This document shows, one piece after another, positions 21,556 to 30,228 of a DNA stretch of 32,000 nt; within the stretch, counting starts at the first letter, position 1, and every line of letters begins with the position of its first letter. Origin of the DNA: Trichlorobacter lovleyi SZ (lineage in GTDB: Bacteria > Desulfobacterota > Desulfuromonadia > Geobacterales > Pseudopelobacteraceae). The notes beneath the pieces were generated by a model, which saw nothing but the letters and a program-made list of their open reading frames with translations, was not told the origin of the DNA and made no database searches. Location: contig NC_010814.1 in the NCBI RefSeq assembly GCF_000020385.1, forward strand, positions 3,690,001 through 3,722,000, in the 5' to 3' direction. Made by a program: the position numbers and the translations under genes.

Positions 21556-22773
21556 TTAAGCCGCCTCATTTATTTGCAGTTGCAGTTCGAGTTCCTGTTC
21601 TTTGAGAAGATCAATATTCAGATAGCGTTTCGAGCCCCATTGGGTGCCTGCAATATGTCGTAGTCTGGCAGCACAGAGCATTAAGGCTGAGTGACCATCA
21701 GGAAATGCACCGACTACTCTGGTTCGTCTCCTGATTTCTTTCATGATCCGCTCAAGTGCGTTGTTGGTTCTGATCCGGATTCGGTGTTCTCGTGGAAAGT
21801 CAAAGTAGGTCAGGGTTTCACTGATTGAGTCCTGCACCTTCTTTGCTGCCTCCCTGAGCTTCATCTCTTCCAGCTTGGTGAAGACCGTACCGGCTTTTTC
21901 TATGGCAGCCTGTTTGTCTTCTGAGGCATGAATCGCCTTGAGCATGGCAGCCACCTCTGGCATCTTCTTGCGCGGTACCACACTGAAGACGTTCCGGTAG
22001 AAATGAACAATGCAGCGTTGCCATTTGCTCTCAGGGTAATACTCAGCCAGTGACTCCACCAGCCCCATACAGGCATCGGTAATGAAGAGTCGGACACCGC
22101 TCAGGCCGCGCTGTTTCAGGTGGTGCAGGAAGCTTGACCAGCCTGCCTTGTCTTCCTTGGCTCCTTCACAGACTCCGAGAATCTTGCGGTAGCCATACTC
22201 GTTGACGCCGATGGCAACCAGTACTGATACGTTGCATACCTCTCCGCCCCAGGAACGCTTCAGAACAATACCATCCAGGTAGACGTAGGGATGGTTGCCG
22301 ATAATCGGGCGATTGCGCCATTCTTCAATCTTGGCGTAGACCTTTTTGTTGAGGTTACTGATAGTACCGGGGCTTACCTTGGTGCCCCACAGGGTTTCGG
22401 TGATGTCTTCTATCCTGCGTACCGATACACCGGCCAGGTACATCTCGATCAGCGATTCTTCGACAGATGCTTCACGACGACGATAACGTTCAATGATGGC
22501 CGTTTCAAAGGTCTGGCGTCTAAGCTTCGGAATGTTGAGATTCACTTCTCCGGCTTTGGTCATGAGCTTGCGCTGGTAATGACCGGCACGGGTGTCGGTT
22601 CTGGCATCATGACGCTGGTACTTCTCGGCATTGCACAAACGATCAGCTTCAGAATCCAGCATGCTGTTGAGGGTATCCTCAACGGTGTTTCTGACCATTT
22701 CCCCGAGGTGGTCCCGTACGGCGCTCTCATTGAGCTGGATTATTTGTGCCTTTTTAGTAGAATGATCGTCCAC
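21556..22773 (-). CDS. IS256-family (mutator-type) transposase
   Basis: 405 aa. Contains YLDGIVLKRSWGGEV..VLVAIGVNEYGYRKILGV..WSSFLHHLKQRGLSGVRLFITDACMGL..WQRCIVHFYRNV, the canonical family signature. GTG start with a GGAGAA SD. Confidence 0.95.
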   Translation of the reverse strand: MDDHSTKKAQIIQLNESAVRDHLGEMVRNTVEDTLNSMLDSEADRLCNAEKYQRHDARTDTRAGHYQRKLMTKAGEVNLNIPKLRRQTFETAIIERYRRREASVEESLIEMYLAGVSVRRIEDITETLWGTKVSPGTISNLNKKVYAKIEEWRNRPIIGNHPYVYLDGIVLKRSWGGEVCNVSVLVAIGVNEYGYRKILGVCEGAKEDKAGWSSFLHHLKQRGLSGVRLFITDACMGLVESLAEYYPESKWQRCIVHFYRNVFSVVPRKKMPEVAAMLKAIHASEDKQAAIEKAGTVFTKLEEMKLREAAKKVQDSISETLTYFDFPREHRIRIRTNNALERIMKEIRRRTRVVGAFPDGHSALMLCAARLRHIAGTQWGSKRYLNIDLLKEQELELQLQINEAA

Positions 22774-22821
22774 AGCAGTGTTCTCCTTTTCGGTCGAATT
22801 TGTGTTTGGCGACTTAAATTC

Positions 22822-22881
22822 TAACCAAAATCAGGCACTGCTGTGACTCTTTTTAAAAAAGCGAAATTTATTTTACGTTAT
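22822..22881. repeat. IS terminal inverted repeat, high-coordinate end
   Basis: TAACCAAA (22822-22829), AGGCACTGC (22833-22841) and AAAAAAGCGAAATTTATTTTAC (22855-22876) are the reverse-complement partners of 21512-21555. Confidence 0.8.
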
Positions 22882-23291
22882 CGGAAAATGATTGGACGCA
22901 AGGACTGAACAATCTCGATCCTTGCCACCGGAACACCTGCATCATGTATCAAAAAAGTACCCTTGATGCTCGGCCATTGAGGGTGATCGCCTTTTTCAGC
23001 AATCACTTGCCCCTCCAAATCCACAATCCTGCGCAACTGGGTATTTCCCATGCCGGGACGACGCTCAAGCAGCTCATCAAGCCTGATTTGCTGATACTTC
23101 CAGAGATCAGGAGCCGTGATCACCAGACCAGCAACATGCTCTGCCTCAAGCTCTGCCACAGCAGACAACATCCCCTGCTGATAACGGCTTGCCAACCCCC
23201 AGTAGCCGACCGGCGGCAGCAAAGCGGCCAAGAGCGCAGCAATACCTGCCAAGAATACGATTACTCTGTTAAGGTGGCGCCGGGCCGACAC
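22878..23291 (-). pseudogene. 5' fragment (TM1 plus an approximately 100-aa periplasmic loop) of the IS-split PAS-GGDEF-EAL gene
   Basis: MSARRHLNRVIVFLAGIAALLAALLPPVGYW provides TM1. The GTG start directly follows the TAG stop of the binding-protein gene. The stop codon TAA at 22878-22880 lies inside the IS terminus. Confidence 0.85.
22882..22890. repeat. Target-site duplication CGGAAAATG (copy 2)
   Basis: Identical to 21497-21505. Confidence 0.85.
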
Positions 23292-24092
23292 CTAACGCTG
23301 CTCCACCGCTACACAGTTCAAGGCCTTCATGAGTGCGGCCCCCCTGGCTGAACGGGCAAAGCTGACAAGCTTCTGAACCGGCTGGCTGGCAGAAGTTTTC
23401 GCGATCAGGTAATAATCCCGCACAAGCGGGTAACGCCCCACCACCAGGTTTTGAAGAGTGGGCTCAACACCATTGAAGGCGAGCAAACGCACCTTTGCCC
23501 GCTCAGCAGTTACCATGCTCAGGGTGGTCATCCCAAAAGCCCCTGGCGTCGTCTGAAGCAGTTTGAGATTATCCTGATCCGTCACCGCCATGATCATGCC
23601 CGGCCTTGCCTTTGCCTGTGATACAGATTGGTCAACAGTCGGAGAGATACTGCGCAGCAGCTTCGTGTCAATCTCGGCATCGGGTCGCAGCAGCAGCCTG
23701 ACCCGCCCACCGTCCGGCCAGGTTTGGGAGGTATTGCCATAGAGTTGCACAAGGTCATTGGTACGGATAGCCGCAACAGCGTTGGCGGGATGAACGGCAA
23801 AAGCTACCGGGCTCCGGCAGAGGTGAATACTTTCGACCCCTTGCTCCTCCGGCTTGACAGGACGGGCAGATATGGCAAGATCAAGCGCACCTGCCTGCAA
23901 CGCCCTGATGCCGCCGGTGCTCCCCAGGCTGGGAACGACCTGCACATCAAGACGTTGGTGCTGTTTGGCATACAGAGCAGCCAGTTTGCGTAACAGTTCC
24001 AGGCCGCTGCCGGTACCTCCCAACCGCATTTTTTCTTGTGCCTCTGCAGGCAGTGCAACAAGAAGCATCAAAACCACTAGTAATCGCGTCAA
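23292..24092 (-). CDS. PstS-like (PBP_like_2) periplasmic substrate-binding protein; orphan, coupled to the split c-di-GMP enzyme gene
   Basis: Signal peptide MTRLLVVLMLLVALPAEA. GGTGSGLELLRKLA..SLGSTGGIRALQAGALDLAISARP is typical of phosphate-binding-protein-like folds. No pstCAB genes are nearby. Confidence 0.8.
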   Translation of the reverse strand: MTRLLVVLMLLVALPAEAQEKMRLGGTGSGLELLRKLAALYAKQHQRLDVQVVPSLGSTGGIRALQAGALDLAISARPVKPEEQGVESIHLCRSPVAFAVHPANAVAAIRTNDLVQLYGNTSQTWPDGGRVRLLLRPDAEIDTKLLRSISPTVDQSVSQAKARPGMIMAVTDQDNLKLLQTTPGAFGMTTLSMVTAERAKVRLLAFNGVEPTLQNLVVGRYPLVRDYYLIAKTSASQPVQKLVSFARSARGAALMKALNCVAVEQR

Positions 24093-24206
24093 GGTTTACT
24101 CCTAAAATATGCGTAAAACTGTTTTAGCTATACAATAATCAACAGGTTATTAGCAACCAGATATACGTGCAAAGATCTGCATCACAGCGGGATGGAGAGC
24201 AACTCA

Positions 24207-25217
24207 ATGAACACCCCAAAGCCTCAAATTGCCATCACCATGGGAGACCCCTGCGGGGTCGGACCGGAAATCATCGTTGCTGCCCTGAGCGATCCAGCCA
24301 TCCGTAGCGCCTGCAAGCCGCTGGTGCTGGGAGACCGGCGGGCCATGCAGCGGGCGCTGACCGTTTGCAACAGCCCGCTGGAACTCATCACCGTTTCTTC
24401 CCCAGCTGAAGCAGCCGACCTGCCGGACAGCGTCATCCCCCTGCTGGAACTATCCAGCCTTGCTAATACGGATATCGACTACGGCAAGCCTTCAGAGCTG
24501 TCTGGCGATGCGGTCTACCGCTATATCCGCCGCGCAGCCGAGCTGTGCCTGACCGGTGAGGTGGCAGCCATGGCCACCGCACCGATCAGTAAGGAGGCGA
24601 TGCACCGCGCCGGTCACCACTACCCCGGCCATACCGAGCTGCTGGCCGAGCTGTGCCGCTGCGATGAGTTTGTGATGATGCTGGCTGGCGACGTATTGCG
24701 GGTGGCGCTGGTCACCATCCATGAGGCGCTTGCCCATGTCCCTGCTCTGATCAGCACTGAACAGGTATTAAAAACCATCCGGGTTACGGCCAACGGTGTT
24801 GCTCCGCTCTGCGGCAATCGCTCTCCCCGGATCGCTGTACTGGCACTGAACCCCCACTGTGGCGAAGGCGGCATGTTCGGCAGCGAAGAGGCTGATGCCA
24901 TTATCCCCGCCATTACAGCTGCACAAAGTGAGGGACTTGATGTTGCAGGCCCCTTCTCAGCCGACACCTTCTTCCACTTTGCCGTACAGGAGCCTGCCCC
25001 CTATGATGCCGTGGTGGCCATGTACCATGACCAGGGACTGATTCCACTCAAGATGCGGCACTTTGACGACGGCATCAACATTACTCTGGGGTTGCCGATC
25101 ATCCGCACCTCGGTTGACCACGGTACCGCCTACAACCTGGCTGGAACCGGCACTGCTTCGGCAACCAGCATGAAGGCCTCCATCCGAATTGCTGCAAAAC
25201 TGGCAGCAACCCGATGA
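24207..25217 (+). CDS. pdxA: 4-hydroxythreonine-4-phosphate dehydrogenase
   Basis: KPQIAITMGDPCGVGPEI, YPGHTELLAE and HDQGLIPLK..TSVDHGTA are PdxA motifs. The start ATG 24207 has a GGAGAG SD; the ORF-track start at 24192 is 5 codons upstream. Confidence 0.92.
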   Translation: MNTPKPQIAITMGDPCGVGPEIIVAALSDPAIRSACKPLVLGDRRAMQRALTVCNSPLELITVSSPAEAADLPDSVIPLLELSSLANTDIDYGKPSELSGDAVYRYIRRAAELCLTGEVAAMATAPISKEAMHRAGHHYPGHTELLAELCRCDEFVMMLAGDVLRVALVTIHEALAHVPALISTEQVLKTIRVTANGVAPLCGNRSPRIAVLALNPHCGEGGMFGSEEADAIIPAITAAQSEGLDVAGPFSADTFFHFAVQEPAPYDAVVAMYHDQGLIPLKMRHFDDGINITLGLPIIRTSVDHGTAYNLAGTGTASATSMKASIRIAAKLAATR

Positions 25218-25909
25218 AACTACCAGACCTGATCCCCGGCAGACTGATCAAACGTTACAAACGTTTTCTGGCTGATATTGAGCTTGAAGACTGCTCTGTG
25301 GTTACCGCCCACTGTCCCAACTCCGGCAGCATGCTGGGCTGCAACCTGCCCGGCAGCCCGGTGCTGCTCTCCCTGAGCCCTAATCCCAACCGCAAGCTGG
25401 CCTATACCTGGGAGCTGCTGCAGGTAAACGGCTTCTGGGTTGGGTTGAACACCATGCTGCCCAACCGGCTGGCTGAAGAGGCGATTCTGGACGGGACCAT
25501 TGTTGAGCTGCAGGGCTATCCAAAGCTGCGGCGGGAAGTTGCCTACGGCAGTGAGCGCAGCCGGATCGACATCCTGCTGGAAGATGACGGTAAGCGCTGC
25601 TACGTCGAGGTCAAAAATGTCACCCTGGTGGAAGGAGGGCTGGCGCTCTTTCCTGACGCAGTCACGGCGCGGGGCCAGAAGCATCTGCGTGAGCTGATGG
25701 AGATGGTCAGAAATGGCGACCGGGCTGTCTTACTGTTTACCGTACAGCGAGGCGATGGTAACGCCGTTGCTCCGGCTGACCGGATAGATCCCGAGTACGG
25801 CAGATTATTGCGGGAAGCGGTTGCAAACGGCGTGGAGGCGTTGGCCTACCGGGCCGAGGTACAGCCGGAGCAGATCCGGCTGACCGAACGGCTGGCAGTC
25901 CTCCTTTAA
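25214..25909 (+). CDS. sfsA: SfsA family DNA/RNA nuclease-like protein (sugar fermentation stimulation protein)
   Basis: GRLIKRYKRFLADIELEDCSVVTAHCPNSGSM..IDILLED..CYVEVKNVTL. Its start overlaps pdxA by 4 nt (ATGA). Confidence 0.92.
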   Translation: MKLPDLIPGRLIKRYKRFLADIELEDCSVVTAHCPNSGSMLGCNLPGSPVLLSLSPNPNRKLAYTWELLQVNGFWVGLNTMLPNRLAEEAILDGTIVELQGYPKLRREVAYGSERSRIDILLEDDGKRCYVEVKNVTLVEGGLALFPDAVTARGQKHLRELMEMVRNGDRAVLLFTVQRGDGNAVAPADRIDPEYGRLLREAVANGVEALAYRAEVQPEQIRLTERLAVLL

Positions 25910-26034
25910 AACGGCTGCGGAGGTCGTCTACTGCGTTGCGTGGTGCTCGCTTCCTCGCCTACCTGGCAGGTATGTCTCGGTCGCTGCGCTCCATACGCCT
26001 TGTACCCGGCCTTCCTCGCACGTTTTTGTAGACA

Positions 26035-26325
26035 TCAGCTATTGTAATCAACCGCCACAATTGAGCTACAGTTGGCCTTCATGAACGGCACCACCTCACC
26101 GGCATGGTAGGGGTGTACCTGATAGCTCTGCAGATCAGCCAGTGAATCAAACTTGGTGATCAGGGCCACATCATAGGAGCGTTCTGAGCGGATCACGTCA
26201 ATTCCCGCTTCAAGATGACGCAGTTCAGCAATCCTCCCTTCCATTGACAACAGCTTGTCCCGCACTGCAGCGATCTTTTCCGCGGTCTGTTCGGCCAGCT
26301 TGAAAAATACGATATGGGTAACCAT
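26035..26325 (-). CDS. Dabb (stress-responsive A/B-barrel) domain protein
   Basis: 96 aa. MVTHIVFFKL....YDVALITKFDSLADLQSYQVHPYH is the typical Dabb family pattern. Confidence 0.85.
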   Translation of the reverse strand: MVTHIVFFKLAEQTAEKIAAVRDKLLSMEGRIAELRHLEAGIDVIRSERSYDVALITKFDSLADLQSYQVHPYHAGEVVPFMKANCSSIVAVDYNS

Positions 26326-26477
26326 GGTGTTCCTCCTTAGTGATTATGTTGTTTTCAGATACCGCGAGTCAGGCATTTCTGTCAACCAGTCCACTTGAGA
26401 GTTGTAAAATTGGTGGTACAGTTGTTTCAGATTCCCCTATGGCCTGTGGCCGTTGAACTCATCCAGGAGGTGCTGAC

Positions 26478-27173
26478 ATGTCAGAATCCAAGCTCATTCC
26501 TTCCATTGACAACCGTCTGGGGGCCTTACTTGAGGTATCGCGACGTCAAAATGCCCTCCGCCTTGAGGAGCCTCAGCTAAAGCCAACGGTCACCATTTCG
26601 CGGGAGTTCGGTTGTGAAGCATATCCAATGGCTGAACTGCTGCGCCAGCAGCTGGAAAAGAAGACAAAAGAACCATGGACCCTGATGGACAAGGCGCTAT
26701 TGGATGAGGTCGCCAAAAATCACAGCCTTTCTGATCAGGTCCTGCACAATCTGGGCGACAAGAACCGTTTTCTGGATGACTTTCTCTCAACCTTTTCCAA
26801 CCGCTGGAAAAGCGATAAGGATTACTACCGGCTGCTGTCACGCCAGATTATTGCATTGGCGGAGCAGGGCAACGTGATCCTGGTTGGCCGGGGAGCTCCG
26901 ATTGTTACCCGCAAAATGAAGAACTGCTTTCATTTCAGGATGTACGCCTCTGAGTCATTCAAAATCGCCTCCATCGCCAAACGGCTGGGACTTGATACCG
27001 GTGAGGCACGGACCCTGGTTGAGCGCCGCCAGAAAGAACGGGACCGTTTTATCCGGGATTTTCTGGACCGTGACCCCTATGACTTGAGCGTCTACCATCT
27101 GGCTTTTAATAATGACCGCAACAGTGCAGCCAAGATAGCCCAGACGATTCTGGACTACCTGTTGAACCCCTAG
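26478..27173 (+). CDS. Cytidylate-kinase-like family protein (Cytidylate_kin2 type; no canonical Walker A lysine visible)
   Basis: TVTISREFGCEAYPMAELLRQQL..NVILVGRGA..RMYASESFKIASIAKRLGL..ERRQKERDRFIRDF follows the family layout. GGAGGTG SD. Confidence 0.7.
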   Translation: MSESKLIPSIDNRLGALLEVSRRQNALRLEEPQLKPTVTISREFGCEAYPMAELLRQQLEKKTKEPWTLMDKALLDEVAKNHSLSDQVLHNLGDKNRFLDDFLSTFSNRWKSDKDYYRLLSRQIIALAEQGNVILVGRGAPIVTRKMKNCFHFRMYASESFKIASIAKRLGLDTGEARTLVERRQKERDRFIRDFLDRDPYDLSVYHLAFNNDRNSAAKIAQTILDYLLNP

Positions 27174-27194
27174 CTGGTACGGTAAACTGCCCAA

Positions 27195-27233
27195 CCAAGT
27201 AGAAAGGCCGGTTCTGCCGGCCTTTCTACTTGG
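27195..27233 (+). terminator. Perfect 17-bp hairpin (CCAAGTAGAAAGGCCGG / CCGGCCTTTCTACTTGG, 5-nt loop); a probable terminator with a weak U-tract
   Basis: The inverted repeat was verified base by base. It lies 22 nt after the stop of the upstream gene. The tail CGGTTTCC is only weakly U-rich. Confidence 0.55.
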
Positions 27234-27305
27234 CGGTTTCCGTACTGCCTTTTTTCATGTTATACACACTGCTTGAAATTGTATCAGCACCGGTTGGAGG
27301 GCACT

Positions 27306-28229
27306 GTGAAGAAGTTCCTGCTGGGTAGTGGCATCATCATCATACTGTATCTGGGATATGTGGTCATCTCGCTGGCCCTGTTGCCACCGGTGAGCAGCCT
27401 TGCCGACAAGAAACTGAATCTTACCATCGATATACGTGACTGGCAGGGCAACGAGCACCCCTTCCTGCTGGGGCCGAAAAACCGGCGTTGGACTCCATCC
27501 AACCGGATACCGCCTGAAATGAAGTGGGCGGTGATCCTGGCTGAAGACAGCAACTTTTACAAACACGAAGGGATTGACGTCAAGGCGATTAAAGAGGCGA
27601 TCAAATACGACCTGGAAAAGAAGAGCATGGCCCGTGGCGCCTCCACCATCACCCAGCAGGTGGCAAAGAACGTATTTCTATCCCGCGAAAAGACCATTAC
27701 CCGTAAGCTGAAAGAGGTCTACCTGGCCTGGCGGATGGAACAGGAACTGACCAAGGGTCGCATCCTTGAGCTGTACCTGAATGTGGTTGAGCTGGGGCCG
27801 ATGGTGTATGGCATCGGTCATGGTTCCCAATATTACTTCGGCAAACCGGCCTCGGCCATGACCCCGCGTGAATGCGCCTTTCTGGCCGCCATGCTGCCCG
27901 GCCCGCGCGTGGCTTACAACCCCTACCGCAATCTGGGTAAAGTCCTGAGCCGTTCCAACATGATCCTGCGTAAGCTGCGCAGCAAAGGGGTAATCAGCGC
28001 CGATGAGCTGCAGGTGGCCCTGGGAACATCGCCCAACATTGCCGGCCTGCAACGCAAGGTGGATACCGCCATTCAGCAAGAGGCCGTCATGAAGCCGATC
28101 TCTTCGACAACGGCACCTGCCGCACCACAGGAACCGTCTGGGTCTGGGCCTGAGCCAGCCATCCCCGCCAGACCTGAATCAGCCCCGCAAGTACAGCCTG
28201 CCGCACCGGCAGATGAAGGAAAGCCCTGA
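27306..28229 (+). CDS. mtgA: Monofunctional peptidoglycan glycosyltransferase (GT51) with a Pro/Ala-rich C-terminal tail
   Basis: N-terminal TM segment, then EDSNFYKHEGID, RGASTITQQVAKN and RKLKE, which are GT51 motifs. The start was set at GTG 27306 (GGAGGG SD) rather than the ORF-track TTG at 27273. Confidence 0.85.
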   Translation: MKKFLLGSGIIIILYLGYVVISLALLPPVSSLADKKLNLTIDIRDWQGNEHPFLLGPKNRRWTPSNRIPPEMKWAVILAEDSNFYKHEGIDVKAIKEAIKYDLEKKSMARGASTITQQVAKNVFLSREKTITRKLKEVYLAWRMEQELTKGRILELYLNVVELGPMVYGIGHGSQYYFGKPASAMTPRECAFLAAMLPGPRVAYNPYRNLGKVLSRSNMILRKLRSKGVISADELQVALGTSPNIAGLQRKVDTAIQQEAVMKPISSTTAPAAPQEPSGSGPEPAIPARPESAPQVQPAAPADEGKP

Positions 28230-28231
28230 CC

Positions 28232-29410
28232 ATGCCGCTCCGTCGTCATCAGGAACGGTTCCCGCGCCTGATACGGCATCTGCGCCACCACGGCACTGCC
28301 CTGTTGCCGATGCCGATCGGCGCGGGCCAGGTAACATTGCTGCCGGATGGCCCCCGCTTCTTTGAGGCGCTCTTCAACGACCTTAAAACCGCCCGGCAGC
28401 TGATCTGCCTGGAATATTACCGTATCCGGGCCGATCTGACCGGACAGCGGTTTGCCGATTTACTGATTGAAGCGGCCGCACGGGGGGTCAAGGTCTTTCT
28501 GATCTATGATGCGCTGGGCTGCCATGTTACACCTGACAGCTACTTTGAACGGCTGCAGACTGCCGGCGTTTCCTGCCTGGCGTTCAACCCCATCTCGCTG
28601 AGCCGCCTCCACTGGTTTGATCGTCGCAACCACCGCAAACTGGCATTGATTGACAACCGGGTGGCCTATCTGGGCGGACTGAACATCAGTGACGCCTACG
28701 CCGGCCTGACCGACGAACAGCTGCGGTTTCGGGACGTCGGTTTCAGTCTTGGCGGCGCTGCGCTGACAGCCCTGCTGGAGCTGTTTACCGAAACCTGGCA
28801 GATGGAGCAGGGCGAGCGGCCCGCCTTGCCTGCATCTGGTACTGTCAGTTGCAGCCCCGATGACACCGAAGTGACGCTGATCAGTGGCGGCCCACACCAG
28901 CGCCGTTCAACCATCCGTACCGCCTTTCGGGTTGCCATGGCCTCGTCCTGCCATGAGCTGCTGATCGCCAACCCCTATTTTGTCCCTGGTCCGCGGATAC
29001 TACGCTCACTGCTACGCGCTGCCCGCCGCGGGGTCAAGGTCAAGCTGCTCTTGCCTGCACGCAATGATGTACCGGTGGTGCAGGTGGTCAGCCGCAGCTA
29101 TTACGAGGTGCTGCTCAAAGCCGGCATTGAAATCTATGAATTGGAACGCCAGCTTCTGCACGCAAAATTGATGCTGATTGACGGGATACAAACCGTGATC
29201 GGATCGGCCAATCTTGACCAACGCAGCTTTCACCGCAATTTTGAGATCAATGCAATTGTACGCAGCCAGCCTTTCGGTAGCCAGGTTCGCAATCTGTTCG
29301 AACAGGACTTTGCCGGTTCAAAGCGGATCACCCTTGATGAACACGCCCGCCGCGGCTTTGGCCTGCGCCTGCTTGAACTGCTGCTCAAGCCAATCTGCTG
29401 GTTTCTGTAG
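28232..29410 (+). CDS. Phospholipase D family protein (ClsB-type cardiolipin synthase-like, no TM segments)
   Basis: Two HKD motifs: HRKLALIDNRVAYLGGLNISD and HAKLMLIDGIQTVIGSANLDQRS. The gene starts 2 nt after the preceding stop. Confidence 0.88.
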   Translation: MPLRRHQERFPRLIRHLRHHGTALLPMPIGAGQVTLLPDGPRFFEALFNDLKTARQLICLEYYRIRADLTGQRFADLLIEAAARGVKVFLIYDALGCHVTPDSYFERLQTAGVSCLAFNPISLSRLHWFDRRNHRKLALIDNRVAYLGGLNISDAYAGLTDEQLRFRDVGFSLGGAALTALLELFTETWQMEQGERPALPASGTVSCSPDDTEVTLISGGPHQRRSTIRTAFRVAMASSCHELLIANPYFVPGPRILRSLLRAARRGVKVKLLLPARNDVPVVQVVSRSYYEVLLKAGIEIYELERQLLHAKLMLIDGIQTVIGSANLDQRSFHRNFEINAIVRSQPFGSQVRNLFEQDFAGSKRITLDEHARRGFGLRLLELLLKPICWFL

Positions 29411-29415
29411 CAGCC

Positions 29416-30171
29416 ATGCTGATCGATACACACTGCCACCTCGACCTGCCGCCACTGTTTGAACAGCTTGATGAACTGCTGGCTGAGGCAAGGGCTGTCG
29501 GAGTAGCCAAGTGGGTCGTGCCATCAGTCCATCCTGACGGCTGGCAGCGCATTGCAGAACTAGCCGCACAGCACCCAGCCTTGCGACCGGCCTACGGCAT
29601 ACATCCCCTGCATGCCGATAACGTCACGGCTCAGCATCTGCAACTGCTGAGGCAGTTGGCACCAGCAGGGATTGCCATCGGGGAGATCGGGCTGGATGCG
29701 AGTTATGGCAATCTTGAGCAGCAGGAGGCATTGTTTCGTGAACAGCTGCGAATTGCACGGCTGTACGGTCTTCCGGTACTGATCCACTGCCGTAAGGCGA
29801 TCGGACGCACCGTGGCAATCCTGCGTGAAGAGCGGGCTGATCAGGTCGGCGGCATCATGCATGCCTTTTCTGGTTCACTGGAATCGGCCCGGGAGTGTAT
29901 CAAACTCGGCTTTGTCCTCTCACTCAGCGCCACCCTGACCTGGAGCAATGCCGTCCGGCCGTTGCAGCTTGCTGCTCAACTGCCACTTGAGCAGCTGGTG
30001 CTTGAGACTGACGCACCTGACCTGCCCCCCTCGGCTCACCCGGGCTGCCCGAACAGGCCGGCCTGGCTGCATGAAACAGCCAACAGACTGGCAGCGATCA
30101 AAGGGATCAGCGTTGCGGAGGTTGCGTGCCGGACAACGGCTACCGCTCTACGGATACTGCCACGGCTCTGA
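29416..30171 (+). CDS. TatD-family metal-dependent hydrolase/DNase
   Basis: MLIDTHCHLD, GEIGLD, HCR, MHAFSG and ETDAPD are the conserved TatD metal-ligand motifs. Confidence 0.92.
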   Translation: MLIDTHCHLDLPPLFEQLDELLAEARAVGVAKWVVPSVHPDGWQRIAELAAQHPALRPAYGIHPLHADNVTAQHLQLLRQLAPAGIAIGEIGLDASYGNLEQQEALFREQLRIARLYGLPVLIHCRKAIGRTVAILREERADQVGGIMHAFSGSLESARECIKLGFVLSLSATLTWSNAVRPLQLAAQLPLEQLVLETDAPDLPPSAHPGCPNRPAWLHETANRLAAIKGISVAEVACRTTATALRILPRL

Positions 30172-30228
30172 AAGGGGTCTTGTCCACCAGTGCACTGCAT
30201 GCTACAGTGCCGCAAAAGGAGATCTGCC

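Larger units (their letters stand above)
21506..22881 (-). mobile_element. IS256-family insertion sequence, 1376 bp, apparently intact
   Basis: It carries a single mutator-type transposase gene, imperfect terminal inverted repeats and a flanking 9-bp direct repeat. It interrupts an otherwise continuous reading frame. Confidence 0.9.

Noticed and set aside
20863-22824. Plus-strand ORFs 20863-21510 (215 aa) and 22291-22824 (177 aa), opposite the GGDEF-EAL fragment and the transposase.
   Set aside because: They are antisense shadows of well-supported genes. One of them runs across the IS boundary, which argues against it being a real gene.
25913-25991. Short strings (GGCTGCGG, CGCTTCCTCGC, TCGCTGCGCTC) that, from memory, also occur near the ColE1/pUC origin region. 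I considered possible vector contamination.
   Set aside because: Only matches of 8-11 nt are present, separated by unrelated sequence and embedded between intact chromosomal genes. This is far too fragmentary for vector sequence.
26414-26428. A sigma54-like string, TGGTACAGTTGTTTC, upstream of the cytidylate-kinase-like gene.
   Set aside because: The -12 position reads TC instead of the conserved GC, given the GG-N10-GC spacing. No enhancer-binding protein gene is nearby.
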